64,000 bases of DNA from Elusimicrobiota bacterium (GTDB lineage Bacteria; Elusimicrobiota; Elusimicrobia; UBA1565). Position 1 is the first letter of the stretch, and each line of letters begins with the position of its first letter. The stretch spans positions 1,171-65,170 of the forward strand of contig JACRDU010000155.1 in the NCBI GenBank assembly GCA_016218495.1. Reading direction: 5' to 3'. Shown in pieces: positions 28,590 to 38,588 of the stretch. Position numbers and translations under genes: made by a program. A model generated the notes under the pieces. It did no database searches and had not been told where the DNA came from. It saw nothing but the letters and a program-made list of their open reading frames with translations.

Positions 28590-31280
28590 GTGATACTAAG
28601 GAAGGGCGTTGCGGCCCTGCTGGCCTTGCTGCTGGCGGCGCCGCCGGCCTCTGCCCAGCGCATCGCCGCCCCCATCCTCGCCCCCGTCTTGCCGGGCGCC
28701 TCCATAGTCCTTCCGGCGCCGGTGCTGACCACTCCATTGGGCGCGGCTGCGACCCTGCCGACGCTGTCCGCCCCGTCCCTGTCCGCACCCCGAGGGGTCG
28801 TCGGACCGACGGCCGTCGCCGCTCCCGCCGCCGTGGCCGCCCCGGCGCTAGCGCGGGCCGCAGCCCTGCCCGCGCGGGCCGGGCTACAGGCGCTGGGCGA
28901 CGGCCTGGCCCGCGCCCAGGCCTCCGGTCGCTCCGCGGCGCCCGTCCTGGCTCAGGTCTTCGACGCCTCGGCCCCGCGCTCGGGCTCCCCGGCCTCGGCC
29001 GTCGTCGCCGCCTCCATCGGCGGCCGCACCCTGTCCGGCCTCCCGCGCTCGTTGGCCGCGCTCAAGGAGCTGCGCCTGGGCTCCTACAACGTCCTCAACC
29101 TCTTCGAAAAGGTCGGCAAGCACGTGCCGGACCCCGACCATCCCGGGCAAATGAAGCAGGTCTCCGGCCGCACGGCAAAGGAGGAATGGCAGCTGCGCGA
29201 ACAGGCCCGCGCCATCCTGGAGAGCGGACTCGACGTCGTCGCCCTGCAGGAGGTCGAGAACATCGCGGCGCTCGACGACTTCAACGCGCGCTACCTGGGC
29301 GGGGCCTACAAGACCCTGCTCAGCGAGGGCAACGACCCGCGCGGCATCGACGTGGCCTTCCTGGTTAAGCGCGACTTGCCGCTGACGTTGGAGCAGCGCA
29401 GCCACAAGGACGAGGAGTGGGAGGACCCCACCCAGGGCGGCGCGCGCGCCAAGCTCTTCTCGCGCGACCTGACGGCGCTGGTCGTCCGGGCCGAGGGCTC
29501 GGCGCAGCCGCTCTTCATCCTGCTTGGCACGCACATGAAGTCCAAGCGCGACCGCCCCGGCGACCCGGAGTCGGCCGTCCAGCGCCGCGCCCAGGCCCGC
29601 CGCACCGCCGAGGTCGTGCAGCGCTACCGGGCCGAGTTCGGCGCCGACGCCCGCCTGATGCTGGCCGGGGACTTCAACGGCGACCTCAACGCCGAGGACA
29701 CCTTCGCCCCGCTCTGGGAGGCCGGGCTCACCAACAGCCTGGACCTGGGCGAGCGCCCGGTGCCGCTCGAAGAGCGCGTCACCCACACCTACCACCCTAA
29801 GGATGGGCCGCGCCACGCCGCCCAGATGGACGGCATTTTGGTCTCGGACAGCCTGAAGGGCCTGGTCGCCGGCGCTGAGGTCTACCGCTACAAGGACGAG
29901 GGCGGGACGCCCAAGCCCATTCCCCAGACCTACGATGAGCGCAGCCGCAACCCTTCCGACCATTTCCCGCTGGTGATGACGCTGCGGGTCGCCCCGCTGC
30001 TCAAGGCCGCGCCGGCCCCGCCCGCTCCGGCCGTCCCGGCCCCGGCCGGCGAGCGCCGCCTGGCCGCGCTGGGCCTGGCATGGAGCTTCCTCGCCATCGC
30101 GTCGATGTACATCGTCCTGCCGGTGCGCAGCGCCTTCCTGCTCACCCAGTTCGGGCCCTCCGTCATGCCCTGGGTCTTCATGGCCAGCGCCGCCTTCACC
30201 GGCGCCGCGGCCTGGGCCTACGCGCGCTTCGCCGGCCTGCCGCGCGCCAAGCTCATCGGCGGCACCTTGGCCGTGCTGGCCGCCAGCCTGACCGGCTGGT
30301 GGGCCCTGGCCCCGCTGGCGATGGCCTCGGGCCCGCTGTCCTTCGCCTTCTCGATGTGGGCCGATGCCTTCTCCATCATGTCGGTGACCCTGTTCTGGAC
30401 CTACGCGAACGACCGCTTCAAAGGCGAGGCCGCGAAGCGCTGGTTCGGCCCTTTCGCCGCGGCCGGAGCGCTGGGCGGGATGGCCGGTTCGGCCGCCACC
30501 AAGGCGCTCGTGACCACCCTCGGCACGACGCCGCTGCTCCTCATCGGCGCGGCGGTCTTCGCCGCCATCGGCGGCGTCTTCGCCCTGATGGAGCGCCAGA
30601 CGCTGCCGGAGGCCTCCGAGCCGGCCCCCGCCCTCCAGGCGCCGGCCAAGCCGGACTCCAGCCCGTGGGCCGTGGCCAAGGCCGTGCTGGCCTCGCCGTT
30701 CCTGCTCGCGCTGACCGCCGTGGTCTTCTTCGAGCGCCTGGTCCCGGACTTCTCGTACTACCTCTTCTCCGTCAGCGCCCAGGCCGCCTATCCGACCCGT
30801 GAGGCGATGGCGGCCTTCCTGGCCTCCTTCGGCTTCTGGCAGAGCCTGGCCTCCCTCGTCACCAGCGCGGCCCTGACCGGCTGGGTTCTCAAGAAGCTGG
30901 GCGTAGGCAAGACCCTGCTCGGCGCGCCGCTGGCCAACCTGCTGGGCTTCGTCGGCTTCGCCCTGTCGCCGACCTTGGGCGCTGCGGTGGCTGCCAACGG
31001 CGTGGAGGGCTGGCAGCGATACGGCTGGTTCAAGGCCGCCAAGGAGACCACTTACTCGGCGGCCGACAAGGGCCTGCTCTACCAGGTGAAGGCCTACGTC
31101 GAGATGTTCGTCTACCGCTTCGCGCGCGGCGTGGCCGGCCTCATCCTGCTGCTGCTGACCGGCAGCTCGTTTATGGGCTGGAGCCCCTCCGCCGTAGCCT
31201 GGGCGGCCGTCCCGCTGGGTCTGGCCTGGGTCTACGCCGCCTGGAAACTCGGCGCCGAGTACAAGAAGCGCGCCGGTTAG
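28590..31280 (+). CDS. Fusion: signal peptide/Ala-Pro leader + EEP endonuclease/exonuclease/phosphatase + Npt/TLC-like nucleotide translocase (12-TM MFS)
   Basis: EEP motifs SYNVLNLF, ALQEVEN, NDPRGIDVAFL, HMKSK, LAGDFN, MDGILV, PSDHFP. MFS part YIVLPVRSAFL, FWTYANDRF...AKRWFG, RYGWFKAAKE, YQVKAYVEMFVYRFARG. Confidence 0.85.
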   Translation: MILRKGVAALLALLLAAPPASAQRIAAPILAPVLPGASIVLPAPVLTTPLGAAATLPTLSAPSLSAPRGVVGPTAVAAPAAVAAPALARAAALPARAGLQALGDGLARAQASGRSAAPVLAQVFDASAPRSGSPASAVVAASIGGRTLSGLPRSLAALKELRLGSYNVLNLFEKVGKHVPDPDHPGQMKQVSGRTAKEEWQLREQARAILESGLDVVALQEVENIAALDDFNARYLGGAYKTLLSEGNDPRGIDVAFLVKRDLPLTLEQRSHKDEEWEDPTQGGARAKLFSRDLTALVVRAEGSAQPLFILLGTHMKSKRDRPGDPESAVQRRAQARRTAEVVQRYRAEFGADARLMLAGDFNGDLNAEDTFAPLWEAGLTNSLDLGERPVPLEERVTHTYHPKDGPRHAAQMDGILVSDSLKGLVAGAEVYRYKDEGGTPKPIPQTYDERSRNPSDHFPLVMTLRVAPLLKAAPAPPAPAVPAPAGERRLAALGLAWSFLAIASMYIVLPVRSAFLLTQFGPSVMPWVFMASAAFTGAAAWAYARFAGLPRAKLIGGTLAVLAASLTGWWALAPLAMASGPLSFAFSMWADAFSIMSVTLFWTYANDRFKGEAAKRWFGPFAAAGALGGMAGSAATKALVTTLGTTPLLLIGAAVFAAIGGVFALMERQTLPEASEPAPALQAPAKPDSSPWAVAKAVLASPFLLALTAVVFFERLVPDFSYYLFSVSAQAAYPTREAMAAFLASFGFWQSLASLVTSAALTGWVLKKLGVGKTLLGAPLANLLGFVGFALSPTLGAAVAANGVEGWQRYGWFKAAKETTYSAADKGLLYQVKAYVEMFVYRFARGVAGLILLLLTGSSFMGWSPSAVAWAAVPLGLAWVYAAWKLGAEYKKRAG

Positions 31281-32311
31281 AGCCGTTCCCCGGTGTCGGC
31301 GTCGAAGCGGTGCAGCTTCTCGGCGGGGAGCCTGAAGAAGACCTCTTCGCGCGAGCCGGGGAAGGTGCCCGGCCAGCAGGCGCGGAATTTGAAGCCCGAG
31401 GACTCGATGCTCAACACGGTCTGCGCTCCGGTGGGTTCGGCCAGGAGGACCTTGCCGACCAAGAAGCCGTCCTTCAGCTCCAGGGAAAGCTGGACATCCT
31501 CCGGCCTCAGGCCTCCCAGCACCGTCCCGGAGGCTGCGCCGTCCTCGACTGCCCTGGCCTTGTGCGCCTCTTCGAGCGGGAAGACGTTCATCGGCGGCGC
31601 CCCCAGGAAGGTGGCGACGAAGGTATTGGCCGGGTGGTGGTAGATGTCGGCGGGCGTGCCCACCTGCTGGATGCGGCCCTTGTCGAGCACGACGACGCGG
31701 TCGGAGAGGGTCATGGCTTCGATCTGGTCGTGGGTAACATAGACGGCCGTCCCTTTGAGGCGTTTGAAGAGGAGCTTGAGCTCGCCGCGCGTGCGCTCGC
31801 GCAGCACGGCGTCCAGGTTCGAGAGCGGCTCGTCGAGCAAGGTGGCCTTCGGATGGCGCACCAGGGCCCGGCCCAGCGCCACGCGCTGGCGCTGTCCGCC
31901 GGAGAGGGCCGCCGGCTTGCGCTCGAGCAGCTCCTCCAAAGACAGCATCCGGGCCGCCTCCTGGATGCGCTCCTCGATGAGGGCGGGTTCGGCTCCCCGC
32001 AGCTTGAGGCCCATCGCTATGTTCTCGCGCACCAGCAGGTGCGGATACAGCGCGTAGTTCTGGAAGACGAAGGCGATGTCGCGGTCCTTGGGCGGGGTGT
32101 CGGTGACGTCGGCCCCGCCGATGCTGATGGCGCCGGAATCGGCCAGCTCCAGCCCGGCGATGATGCGCAGCAAGGTCGTCTTGCCGCAGCCTGAGGGCCC
32201 CAGCAGGCAGACGAACTCGCCGTCCTTGACGGTGAAGGAGATGTCGTCCAAGACCGGGCGCTTGCCCCCCTTGAACTGCTTGCGGATGTTCTTGACTGCC
32301 ACTTCGGCCAT
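31277..32311 (-). CDS. Sugar ABC transporter ATP-binding protein (MalK-like)
   Basis: GPSGCGKT, FQNYALYPH, LSGGQRQR, LDEPLSNLDA, YVTHDQ. Confidence 0.95.
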   Translation of the reverse strand: MAEVAVKNIRKQFKGGKRPVLDDISFTVKDGEFVCLLGPSGCGKTTLLRIIAGLELADSGAISIGGADVTDTPPKDRDIAFVFQNYALYPHLLVRENIAMGLKLRGAEPALIEERIQEAARMLSLEELLERKPAALSGGQRQRVALGRALVRHPKATLLDEPLSNLDAVLRERTRGELKLLFKRLKGTAVYVTHDQIEAMTLSDRVVVLDKGRIQQVGTPADIYHHPANTFVATFLGAPPMNVFPLEEAHKARAVEDGAASGTVLGGLRPEDVQLSLELKDGFLVGKVLLAEPTGAQTVLSIESSGFKFRACWPGTFPGSREEVFFRLPAEKLHRFDADTGERL

Positions 32312-32315
32312 GGGC

Positions 32316-33146
32316 TTATCCTTTGACGGCTCCCGCCGTAAGACCTTCCACGATGCGCTTCTGGAACGCCAGCACCAATGCGACGACGGGCAGAGTGGTC
32401 AGCACCACCGCCGCCGAAATCTGGTCCCAGGGGACCTCGTACATGGTAACGCCCGAGAGCATGGCGATGCCCACCGGCACCGTACGCGCGGCGTCCTGCG
32501 ACATGAATATGAGGGCCAGCAGGAACTCGTTCCACGAGAAGATGAATACCAGGATGGCCGTCGTCGCCACCGCTGGGGCGGCCAGCGGGAAGACCACCTT
32601 CCAAAGGGTCTGCCAGCGCGAGAGCCCGTCGATGGCCGCGGCCTCCTCCAGGTCGCGCGGTATGGCCTTGAAGAAGGTCATCAGCACCCATATCGAGAAG
32701 GGGAGGTTCAAGGCGGTATAGGGCAAGATGAGCCCCAGCGGGTTGTTGAGCAGGTGCAGCGCCTGCACCAGCTTGTAGAGCGGCACCACCAGGATGGTGG
32801 GCGGGAAGAGGGCCACGAACAAGATGGAGCGCACCGCCCACTCCCCGCCCGGCAGCGGCAGGCGCGAGAACGCGTAGGCCGCCAGGGTACCGACCACGGA
32901 GCACAGCGCCGTCGTGGCCAGCGCGACGACGACGCTGTTGAGGATGTAGGTGCCGAACGGGCGCGTCGAGAAGATTTTCACGTAGCTGGCCAAGGTCGGG
33001 TGGCTGGGCCAGTAGGTCGGCGGGACCTTCACCACCTCCGCCGTGGGTTTCAGGCTGGTGACGACCTGCCACAGGAACGGCCCCAGGCTCCACAGGACCA
33101 CGGCCGCCACGGCGAGGACGAAGAGGGCGTTGCCGAGCCGCTTCAT
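32316..33146 (-). CDS. Carbohydrate ABC transporter permease (MalG-like)
   Basis: EAA loop IPRDLEEAAAIDG, FSWNEF; six TM segments. Confidence 0.94.
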   Translation of the reverse strand: MKRLGNALFVLAVAAVVLWSLGPFLWQVVTSLKPTAEVVKVPPTYWPSHPTLASYVKIFSTRPFGTYILNSVVVALATTALCSVVGTLAAYAFSRLPLPGGEWAVRSILFVALFPPTILVVPLYKLVQALHLLNNPLGLILPYTALNLPFSIWVLMTFFKAIPRDLEEAAAIDGLSRWQTLWKVVFPLAAPAVATTAILVFIFSWNEFLLALIFMSQDAARTVPVGIAMLSGVTMYEVPWDQISAAVVLTTLPVVALVLAFQKRIVEGLTAGAVKG

Positions 33147-34000
33147 GCCTGCTCCTTCTGGCGCGTGAAGTAGAGGATGCCGGCCGACATGACGAGCAGG
33201 CAGGCCGCCATCACCAACGTCAGGGTGCAGGCGTAGCCGAGTTCCAGGTAGCGGAAGACGTTGTCATAGACGTAGAGGGCGATCATGCGCGTCGAGCCGC
33301 CCGGTCCGCCGCCGGTCAGCACCCAGACCAGGTCGAAGACGCCGAAGGACTGGATGGCGCGAAAGACCATCGCCAGCGCCAGCGTGGGCTTGAGCAGGGG
33401 CAGGGTTATCAGGAAGAAACGCCGAACCGGGCCGGCGCCGTCTATGCCGGCGGCTTCATAGAGCTCGTCGGGGATGTTGGCCAACCCGCTCATGAAGAGC
33501 AGGGTCATGAACGGCGTGGTCTTCCAGACGTCGGCCAGCACGCAGGCCGCCATCGCGGAGCCTGGCGAGGCCAGCCAGGCCACGCGCGGGGAGGAGACCA
33601 GCCCGAATTTGAAGAGGAGATCGCCCAGGATGCCGTATTCCGGGTTGTAGATCCACTGCCAGGCCATCGCCATGATGGCGGTGGGCAGCGCCCAGGGCAC
33701 CAGCACGGCCGCGCGCACCAGGCCGCGGCCCTTGAACGGGCGGGTCAGCAGCAAAGCGATGGCCAGCCCCAGCACGGTCTCGATGGAGACGGCATAGGCC
33801 GTGAACCTGACCGTATTCCACAAGGAGGCGAACATCCGCCCGTCGGCGGATAGTCTGTGGAACCCCGACGCGTAGCGGAATGCGGCGACGACGGGGAGCA
33901 GGTTGACCAGCGCCATCAGGAGCAGCGCCGGCACGGCGAAGCTCCAGTTGACGGCGGCTTCCCTAGGGCCGAAGCCGGCGTGAGCCCGGTCGCGGGACAT
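33143..34000 (-). CDS. Carbohydrate ABC transporter permease (MalF-like)
   Basis: DVWKTTPF, IPDELYEAAGIDGA, LTGGGPG; ATG 34000 overlaps the binding-protein stop. Confidence 0.93.
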   Translation of the reverse strand: MSRDRAHAGFGPREAAVNWSFAVPALLLMALVNLLPVVAAFRYASGFHRLSADGRMFASLWNTVRFTAYAVSIETVLGLAIALLLTRPFKGRGLVRAAVLVPWALPTAIMAMAWQWIYNPEYGILGDLLFKFGLVSSPRVAWLASPGSAMAACVLADVWKTTPFMTLLFMSGLANIPDELYEAAGIDGAGPVRRFFLITLPLLKPTLALAMVFRAIQSFGVFDLVWVLTGGGPGGSTRMIALYVYDNVFRYLELGYACTLTLVMAACLLVMSAGILYFTRQKEQA

Positions 34001-35247
34001 CAGCGCGCCATTGCCGGCCGGATCTCGTCGGCGGCGGCCTTCAGGGCGGCCTCGGGCGTCTTCTGGCCCGACAGAGCGGCGCTCAGATGGACCTGCAGGA
34101 TGTCCGAGACCCGCGCCCATTGCGGATGCACGGGCCGCGGCTTGGCGGTCTCGAGCACTTCGCGCAGTTCCTTATAATGGGGGCTCTTGGAGACGATGTC
34201 GGGGTCGTCGAATAGCGCCTTGCGGGTGGGGATGATGCCGCTCTTCATGTAGGCGACCTTCTGGGCCTCGCGGCTGGAGGCGAACTCGATGAAGGTCCAG
34301 GCCGCCTCGGGGTTCTTGGAGAAGCTGGAGATGCCGTAGCCCCAGCCCCCCAGGGTGGCCGCAGGGGAGCGGCCGGAGCCGTGGACCATGGGGCGGATTC
34401 CGACCTTCCCCTTTACGGGAGAGCCGTCCTGCTGGGCCAGGTTCCAGGCATAGGGCCAGTTGCGCATGAAGACGGCGCGCCCCTCCTGGAACATGTGGCG
34501 CGCCTCCTCCTCTTGGAAGGTCAGCACGCCGTCGGGGGAGATCTTGTCCTTGCGCACGGCGTCGACCAGCCAGGTCAGGGCCTCCACGGCGGCGGGGTCG
34601 TCCACATGGACGCCGCCGTGCTCGTCGATGAGGGTCCCGCCGTTGCCCCAGACCAGTTCCAGGAAGTCGCAGACCAGGCCCTCGTACTGCTTGCCCTGGA
34701 AGACGAAGCCCCACACCTCGGGCGGGTTCTGCAGCTTCTTCGCCGCCGCCGCCAGCTCCGCCCAGGTGTTCGGAGGCGCGATGCCGGCCGCCTCGAGCAG
34801 GTCCTTGCGGTAGTAGAGCAGGCCGCCGTCGGACTGGACCGGCACGCGGTAGGTCTTCCCCTCATAGCGCGAACCGGCGATGTCGCCCGGCAGGAACTGC
34901 GCCTGCATCTCCGGCGTGAACTTGTCGTCGAGCGGCCGCAGCCAGCCCTGGTGGGCGAACTTGGGCATCCAGACCACGTCCATATAGACGATGTCGTAGG
35001 TGCTCTCCCCCCCCATGAACGAGGTGGAGTACATGTCCTCGCGCGTGCCGGTCCCCGCCGGGCCTTCCACCATCTCGATGAGGAGCTCCGGATGGAGCTG
35101 GTGGAACTCGGCGATGACCTCCTTGGCGCCCCCACCCACGTCGGGGCCGGCGAGGAAGCGGACCACGGTCTTTCCGGAGGAGGGGGCGTCGGACTTGGCG
35201 CAGGCGGCGAGCAGGAAAGGCAGGAGAACGGCGGGGCGCCACCTCAT
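34000..35247 (-). CDS. Sugar ABC transporter substrate-binding lipoprotein (trehalose/maltose type)
   Basis: Lipobox LAAC; MDVVW, LYYRKDLL, QYEGL, FMRNWPY, ATLGGW, PRP. Confidence 0.92.
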   Translation of the reverse strand: MRWRPAVLLPFLLAACAKSDAPSSGKTVVRFLAGPDVGGGAKEVIAEFHQLHPELLIEMVEGPAGTGTREDMYSTSFMGGESTYDIVYMDVVWMPKFAHQGWLRPLDDKFTPEMQAQFLPGDIAGSRYEGKTYRVPVQSDGGLLYYRKDLLEAAGIAPPNTWAELAAAAKKLQNPPEVWGFVFQGKQYEGLVCDFLELVWGNGGTLIDEHGGVHVDDPAAVEALTWLVDAVRKDKISPDGVLTFQEEEARHMFQEGRAVFMRNWPYAWNLAQQDGSPVKGKVGIRPMVHGSGRSPAATLGGWGYGISSFSKNPEAAWTFIEFASSREAQKVAYMKSGIIPTRKALFDDPDIVSKSPHYKELREVLETAKPRPVHPQWARVSDILQVHLSAALSGQKTPEAALKAAADEIRPAMAR

Positions 35248-35266
35248 GGGGCGATTGTACTACAGG

Positions 35267-38200
35267 TCAGCGGCCGAAGAGGCCGTAGTCCGTCATGACG
35301 CGCAGCACCTCGGCCACGCTCCAGGCCTGAGAGCGGGTGCCGCCGCGGTTCTGCGCGCGCGCCGCGCGGGCCATCGCCGGGCCGAGGCCGGCCCGGTCCT
35401 CGAGGGAGAACTCCCTGAACAGCGCCTCGGAGGACCCGCCGTCGAAGACTTCGGGCAGAGAGCCCTCCGTGGAGGCGGCCAGGAACTCGGCCAGCGGGGT
35501 CAGCACGCCGCGCAGCTCGGCGCTGATTCGCTCGGAGGACCAGCCCTGGGCGCGGCGCACCTTGACCAGGGCATCGAGGTAGGGGCCCATCAGCCAGGGC
35601 CAGACCGTGCCCTGGTGGTAGGCCTGGTCCTTCTCCAGCGGGGGCTTCGCGGTATCGTAACGCCCCTGGTAGCGCGGGTCGCGGTAGGAGAGGGTGCGCA
35701 TCCCGTAGGGCGTCAGCAGGTCGCGCGTGGCGGCCAGCACGACGGCCGCCTGCCGCTCGGGGCTCAGGAGGTCGAGGCCGTGGCTGACGGCCACGAGCAT
35801 GTTCGGGCGCACCGCTTCGCCGTGCGGGTCGCCCTCGACCACGTCGCGCAGCGCTCCGCCCGTACCGCCCCAGGCCCGCCGGTTCTCCTCGTTGGCGAAC
35901 CAGAACTTCTTGTTGAAGGACTGTTTGACCCGCTCGGCCCGGGCGTCGGCCTCGGAGGCGGCCGCGGCGTCCCCGGCCTCGCGCTCCAGCTCGGCGAGGT
36001 AGCGCAGATTCGCGTACCAGAGGGCGTTGATCTCCACCGCCTTGCCGTGGCGCGGGGTCACCGGGCGGTCGCGGCCTTCGGGGTCGGCGTCCATCCAGGT
36101 GGACTGGGCGGGGCTGACGATGAGCCCATCGGAGTCCATGTAGATGCGGTTATAGCGGCCGTAGCGCTGGTAGCCGGTGCCCTCGGCGTAGGCGCGCATC
36201 ACCTTGCGCAGCACCGGCAGCATCTCGGCGGCGAAGGCCGGGTCGCCGGCCTTCTTGACCGCCTGGACGAACCACATCGAGCCGTCCACGGTGTTGTATT
36301 CCGCCGCCGCCCCGCCTCCCGGCAGGCGGTTCGGGATGAGGCCGTCAGCCTCGTGGCGCGCGAAGCCGCGGATGTTCTCGCGCGCCTCGCCGCGGCGCCC
36401 GGTGGAGAGCAGGAGGCCGGGCAGGGAGATGAAGGTGTCGCGGCCCCACTCCTCGAGGAACCAGTCCAGGCTGGCCGCCCAGATCTGGACCCCGCCGCCG
36501 GCGTGCTTCACGAACGAATCCCCCGCCTTGAGGAAGGCGCCCTTCAGCGCGGCCCCCGCGCTCCAGACCTTGCCCGCCAGCACGGCCATCCAGGCCCCCA
36601 GTTGGGCGCGCACGTCCCAGCGCGCACGGCTGCCGTAGTCCGGGTCGGAGGGCAGCGGGATGCGCCAGCGCCAATGCGAGGTGCCGCCCGCCATCTCCTT
36701 GACCGGGAACGGGTCGCCCCATTCGTCGCCCAAGGTGTAGCCGGTGAAGCGCGCGTTGCGCCCCGAACCGGGCTTGCGGCTCTCGGCCAGGAAGCGCCCG
36801 ATGAAGCCGTCGGAGCGCGGGTCGTCGTGGCTGGAGACCTTCTTCCAGTCCCCGTACACCGTCACGAAACCGAAGCGCTCGGCCGCCTCGGCCTTCCCCT
36901 CGAAGGCCTCGGCCAGCGGGAAGGCGCCGCGCTCTGAGAACACCTGCGCCAGGGCCTTCACATAGTCGTCGCCCGGCTCGTCGCCCGACACCATCTGCCC
37001 GTTGCCGAAGTCGTAGGCGAAGTGCAGCGCGTCCACGCGCGCCCCGTCGAAGCCCAGGTCCAGCCAGTGGCGATAGGGCGCCAGCATCGCCGCGTAGCCC
37101 TCGGATTTCGCGCGCCCCCAGTTCCACAGGCCCAGGTCCTTCCAGTCCTCGTTTATCCACTGGTTCTTGATGCCGGGGTTTCGGGTGCGCAGGTCGGTGA
37201 AGACCTCGGGGCGCTTCCAGGCATCCACCGAGTCCTTGCCGCGGAACATCGGTATGTCGAAGAGCACGCGGCCGCCGACGTCGTGGACGGTCGCCAGGGC
37301 CTCCTGGAGCTGGCCATAGGCCAGCCACTGCGCGAACTCGTGCGTCTCCACCGTCTCGCTGAAATCGGCCCGCCCCCGTGCCCCGGCCAGGTCAGCCGGC
37401 GTCCACTGCAGCACCGGCTTGCCCACGGCCTTCGACAGCGCCATGAACTCGGCGTACTCGCCCAGCCAAGCCGCGCTCTCCGCCTTGAAGTCCTCGAAGG
37501 CCCGGCCGCGCTGGGAAGTCCGGTCGAAGGCGCGGTAGGCCGCGCGGGCGACCTCCGCCTCCCGCGCGCGCAAGGCCTCGTAGTCCACGGCCTGCTTCTG
37601 GGACAGGGTCTTGGCCTCGAGCTTGGCGGCCAGCGCCGGGTCGGCCTTCACCTCCGGCACGACCGCCCAGTCCAGGTGGTCCTCGTTGACGGCGAAGAGG
37701 CTGACGGGGGCGTAGGGGCTCTCCCCGCGTACGGCGAAGTGCGGCAGCAGATGGACGACCTTAGCGCCCTGCTTGGCCAGCACGTCGCGGTAGTAGGCGG
37801 CGAAATCGGTGAACTTGCCCACCCCGGGGTCGCCTTTCTCGCGCCGCAGCGAGTAGAGCGGCACGGTGACGCCGGCGTGGGCGGCGGCCGGGTCGCGCCA
37901 CCAGGCGGAGCGGGCCAGGCCCGTGCGCGACAGCCCGCCGGAGCGGCCGTCCACGACGCCGGAGCGCCCGGAGACCTGGCGCCCGCCGTCGAACAGGGCT
38001 CTGAGCGCCGGGGCCGGCGCTTTGGCTACGGCCGGCGCGGCCTCCTTGAGCGAGGCCAGCGGCGTCTCGGCCCGCCCCTGCGCCGGCGCCGACGGGCCGG
38101 CGACGGCCTTGGGGGCGGCGACGGCTGAGGCGGCCGCGGCCCGCGCCGAAGCGGCGGCGGGCACGGCGACGGCAGGGAGGGCGGAAACCGCGACGGTCGG

Positions 38201-38404
38201 GGCGGCCAGCGCCGCGCCGGGCGAAAGGGTCAGCGTCGGCTTGGGCCGGGAGACCGGCGCCAAGCCTCCGACGGAGACAGGCGCGACGGGGACGGTGACG
38301 GGGGCGGAGACGACCTGCGCGAGGACGGGAGAGACGGGCTGGAGGAGCAGGCACAGCGACAGGAGGGCCGCGCCGATTCGGCCCAACAGGATTTCTCGCC
38401 TCAC
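35267..38404 (-). CDS. Fusion: signal peptide/Ala-Pro leader + GH77 4-alpha-glucanotransferase-like + amylo-alpha-1,6-glucosidase (glycogen debranching C-terminal domain)
   Basis: GH77-like GVTVPLYSLR, GVGKF, SPYAPVSLFA, FDIP, RVDALH; GDE-like WGRDTFISLPGL, GLIPN, YNTVDGSMWF, TWMDA, TPRHGKAVEINALWY, RPN, YHQGTVWPWL, QAWSVAE. Confidence 0.88.
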   Translation of the reverse strand: MRREILLGRIGAALLSLCLLLQPVSPVLAQVVSAPVTVPVAPVSVGGLAPVSRPKPTLTLSPGAALAAPTVAVSALPAVAVPAAASARAAAASAVAAPKAVAGPSAPAQGRAETPLASLKEAAPAVAKAPAPALRALFDGGRQVSGRSGVVDGRSGGLSRTGLARSAWWRDPAAAHAGVTVPLYSLRREKGDPGVGKFTDFAAYYRDVLAKQGAKVVHLLPHFAVRGESPYAPVSLFAVNEDHLDWAVVPEVKADPALAAKLEAKTLSQKQAVDYEALRAREAEVARAAYRAFDRTSQRGRAFEDFKAESAAWLGEYAEFMALSKAVGKPVLQWTPADLAGARGRADFSETVETHEFAQWLAYGQLQEALATVHDVGGRVLFDIPMFRGKDSVDAWKRPEVFTDLRTRNPGIKNQWINEDWKDLGLWNWGRAKSEGYAAMLAPYRHWLDLGFDGARVDALHFAYDFGNGQMVSGDEPGDDYVKALAQVFSERGAFPLAEAFEGKAEAAERFGFVTVYGDWKKVSSHDDPRSDGFIGRFLAESRKPGSGRNARFTGYTLGDEWGDPFPVKEMAGGTSHWRWRIPLPSDPDYGSRARWDVRAQLGAWMAVLAGKVWSAGAALKGAFLKAGDSFVKHAGGGVQIWAASLDWFLEEWGRDTFISLPGLLLSTGRRGEARENIRGFARHEADGLIPNRLPGGGAAAEYNTVDGSMWFVQAVKKAGDPAFAAEMLPVLRKVMRAYAEGTGYQRYGRYNRIYMDSDGLIVSPAQSTWMDADPEGRDRPVTPRHGKAVEINALWYANLRYLAELEREAGDAAAASEADARAERVKQSFNKKFWFANEENRRAWGGTGGALRDVVEGDPHGEAVRPNMLVAVSHGLDLLSPERQAAVVLAATRDLLTPYGMRTLSYRDPRYQGRYDTAKPPLEKDQAYHQGTVWPWLMGPYLDALVKVRRAQGWSSERISAELRGVLTPLAEFLAASTEGSLPEVFDGGSSEALFREFSLEDRAGLGPAMARAARAQNRGGTRSQAWSVAEVLRVMTDYGLFGR

Positions 38405-38439
38405 GCCCAGAGTGTAACGACCGGCCTATAAGGAAGCTT

Positions 38440-38454
38440 GGGCCGTAAAGGCCC
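38440..38454. promoter_or_regulatory. RGGNC-N5-GNCCY palindrome, 24 bp upstream of a TACACT -10 box
   Basis: GGGCC-GTAAA-GGCCC; same offset at 48335 (GGGCC-GGGAA-GTCCT); similar at 26071, 26096 and 28541. Confidence 0.55.
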
Positions 38455-38588
38455 GATTCTCAAATCATAGGGCCCAAGCGCCCCTGGGACCAAAGGTTGA
38501 GTGACATCCGTCATCACAAGGCACCGCCCCCCCGCGGCGACCGCCGCGCGGGTGAACACGGTGGGCAACCCCCCTTGATACCAGGGCG

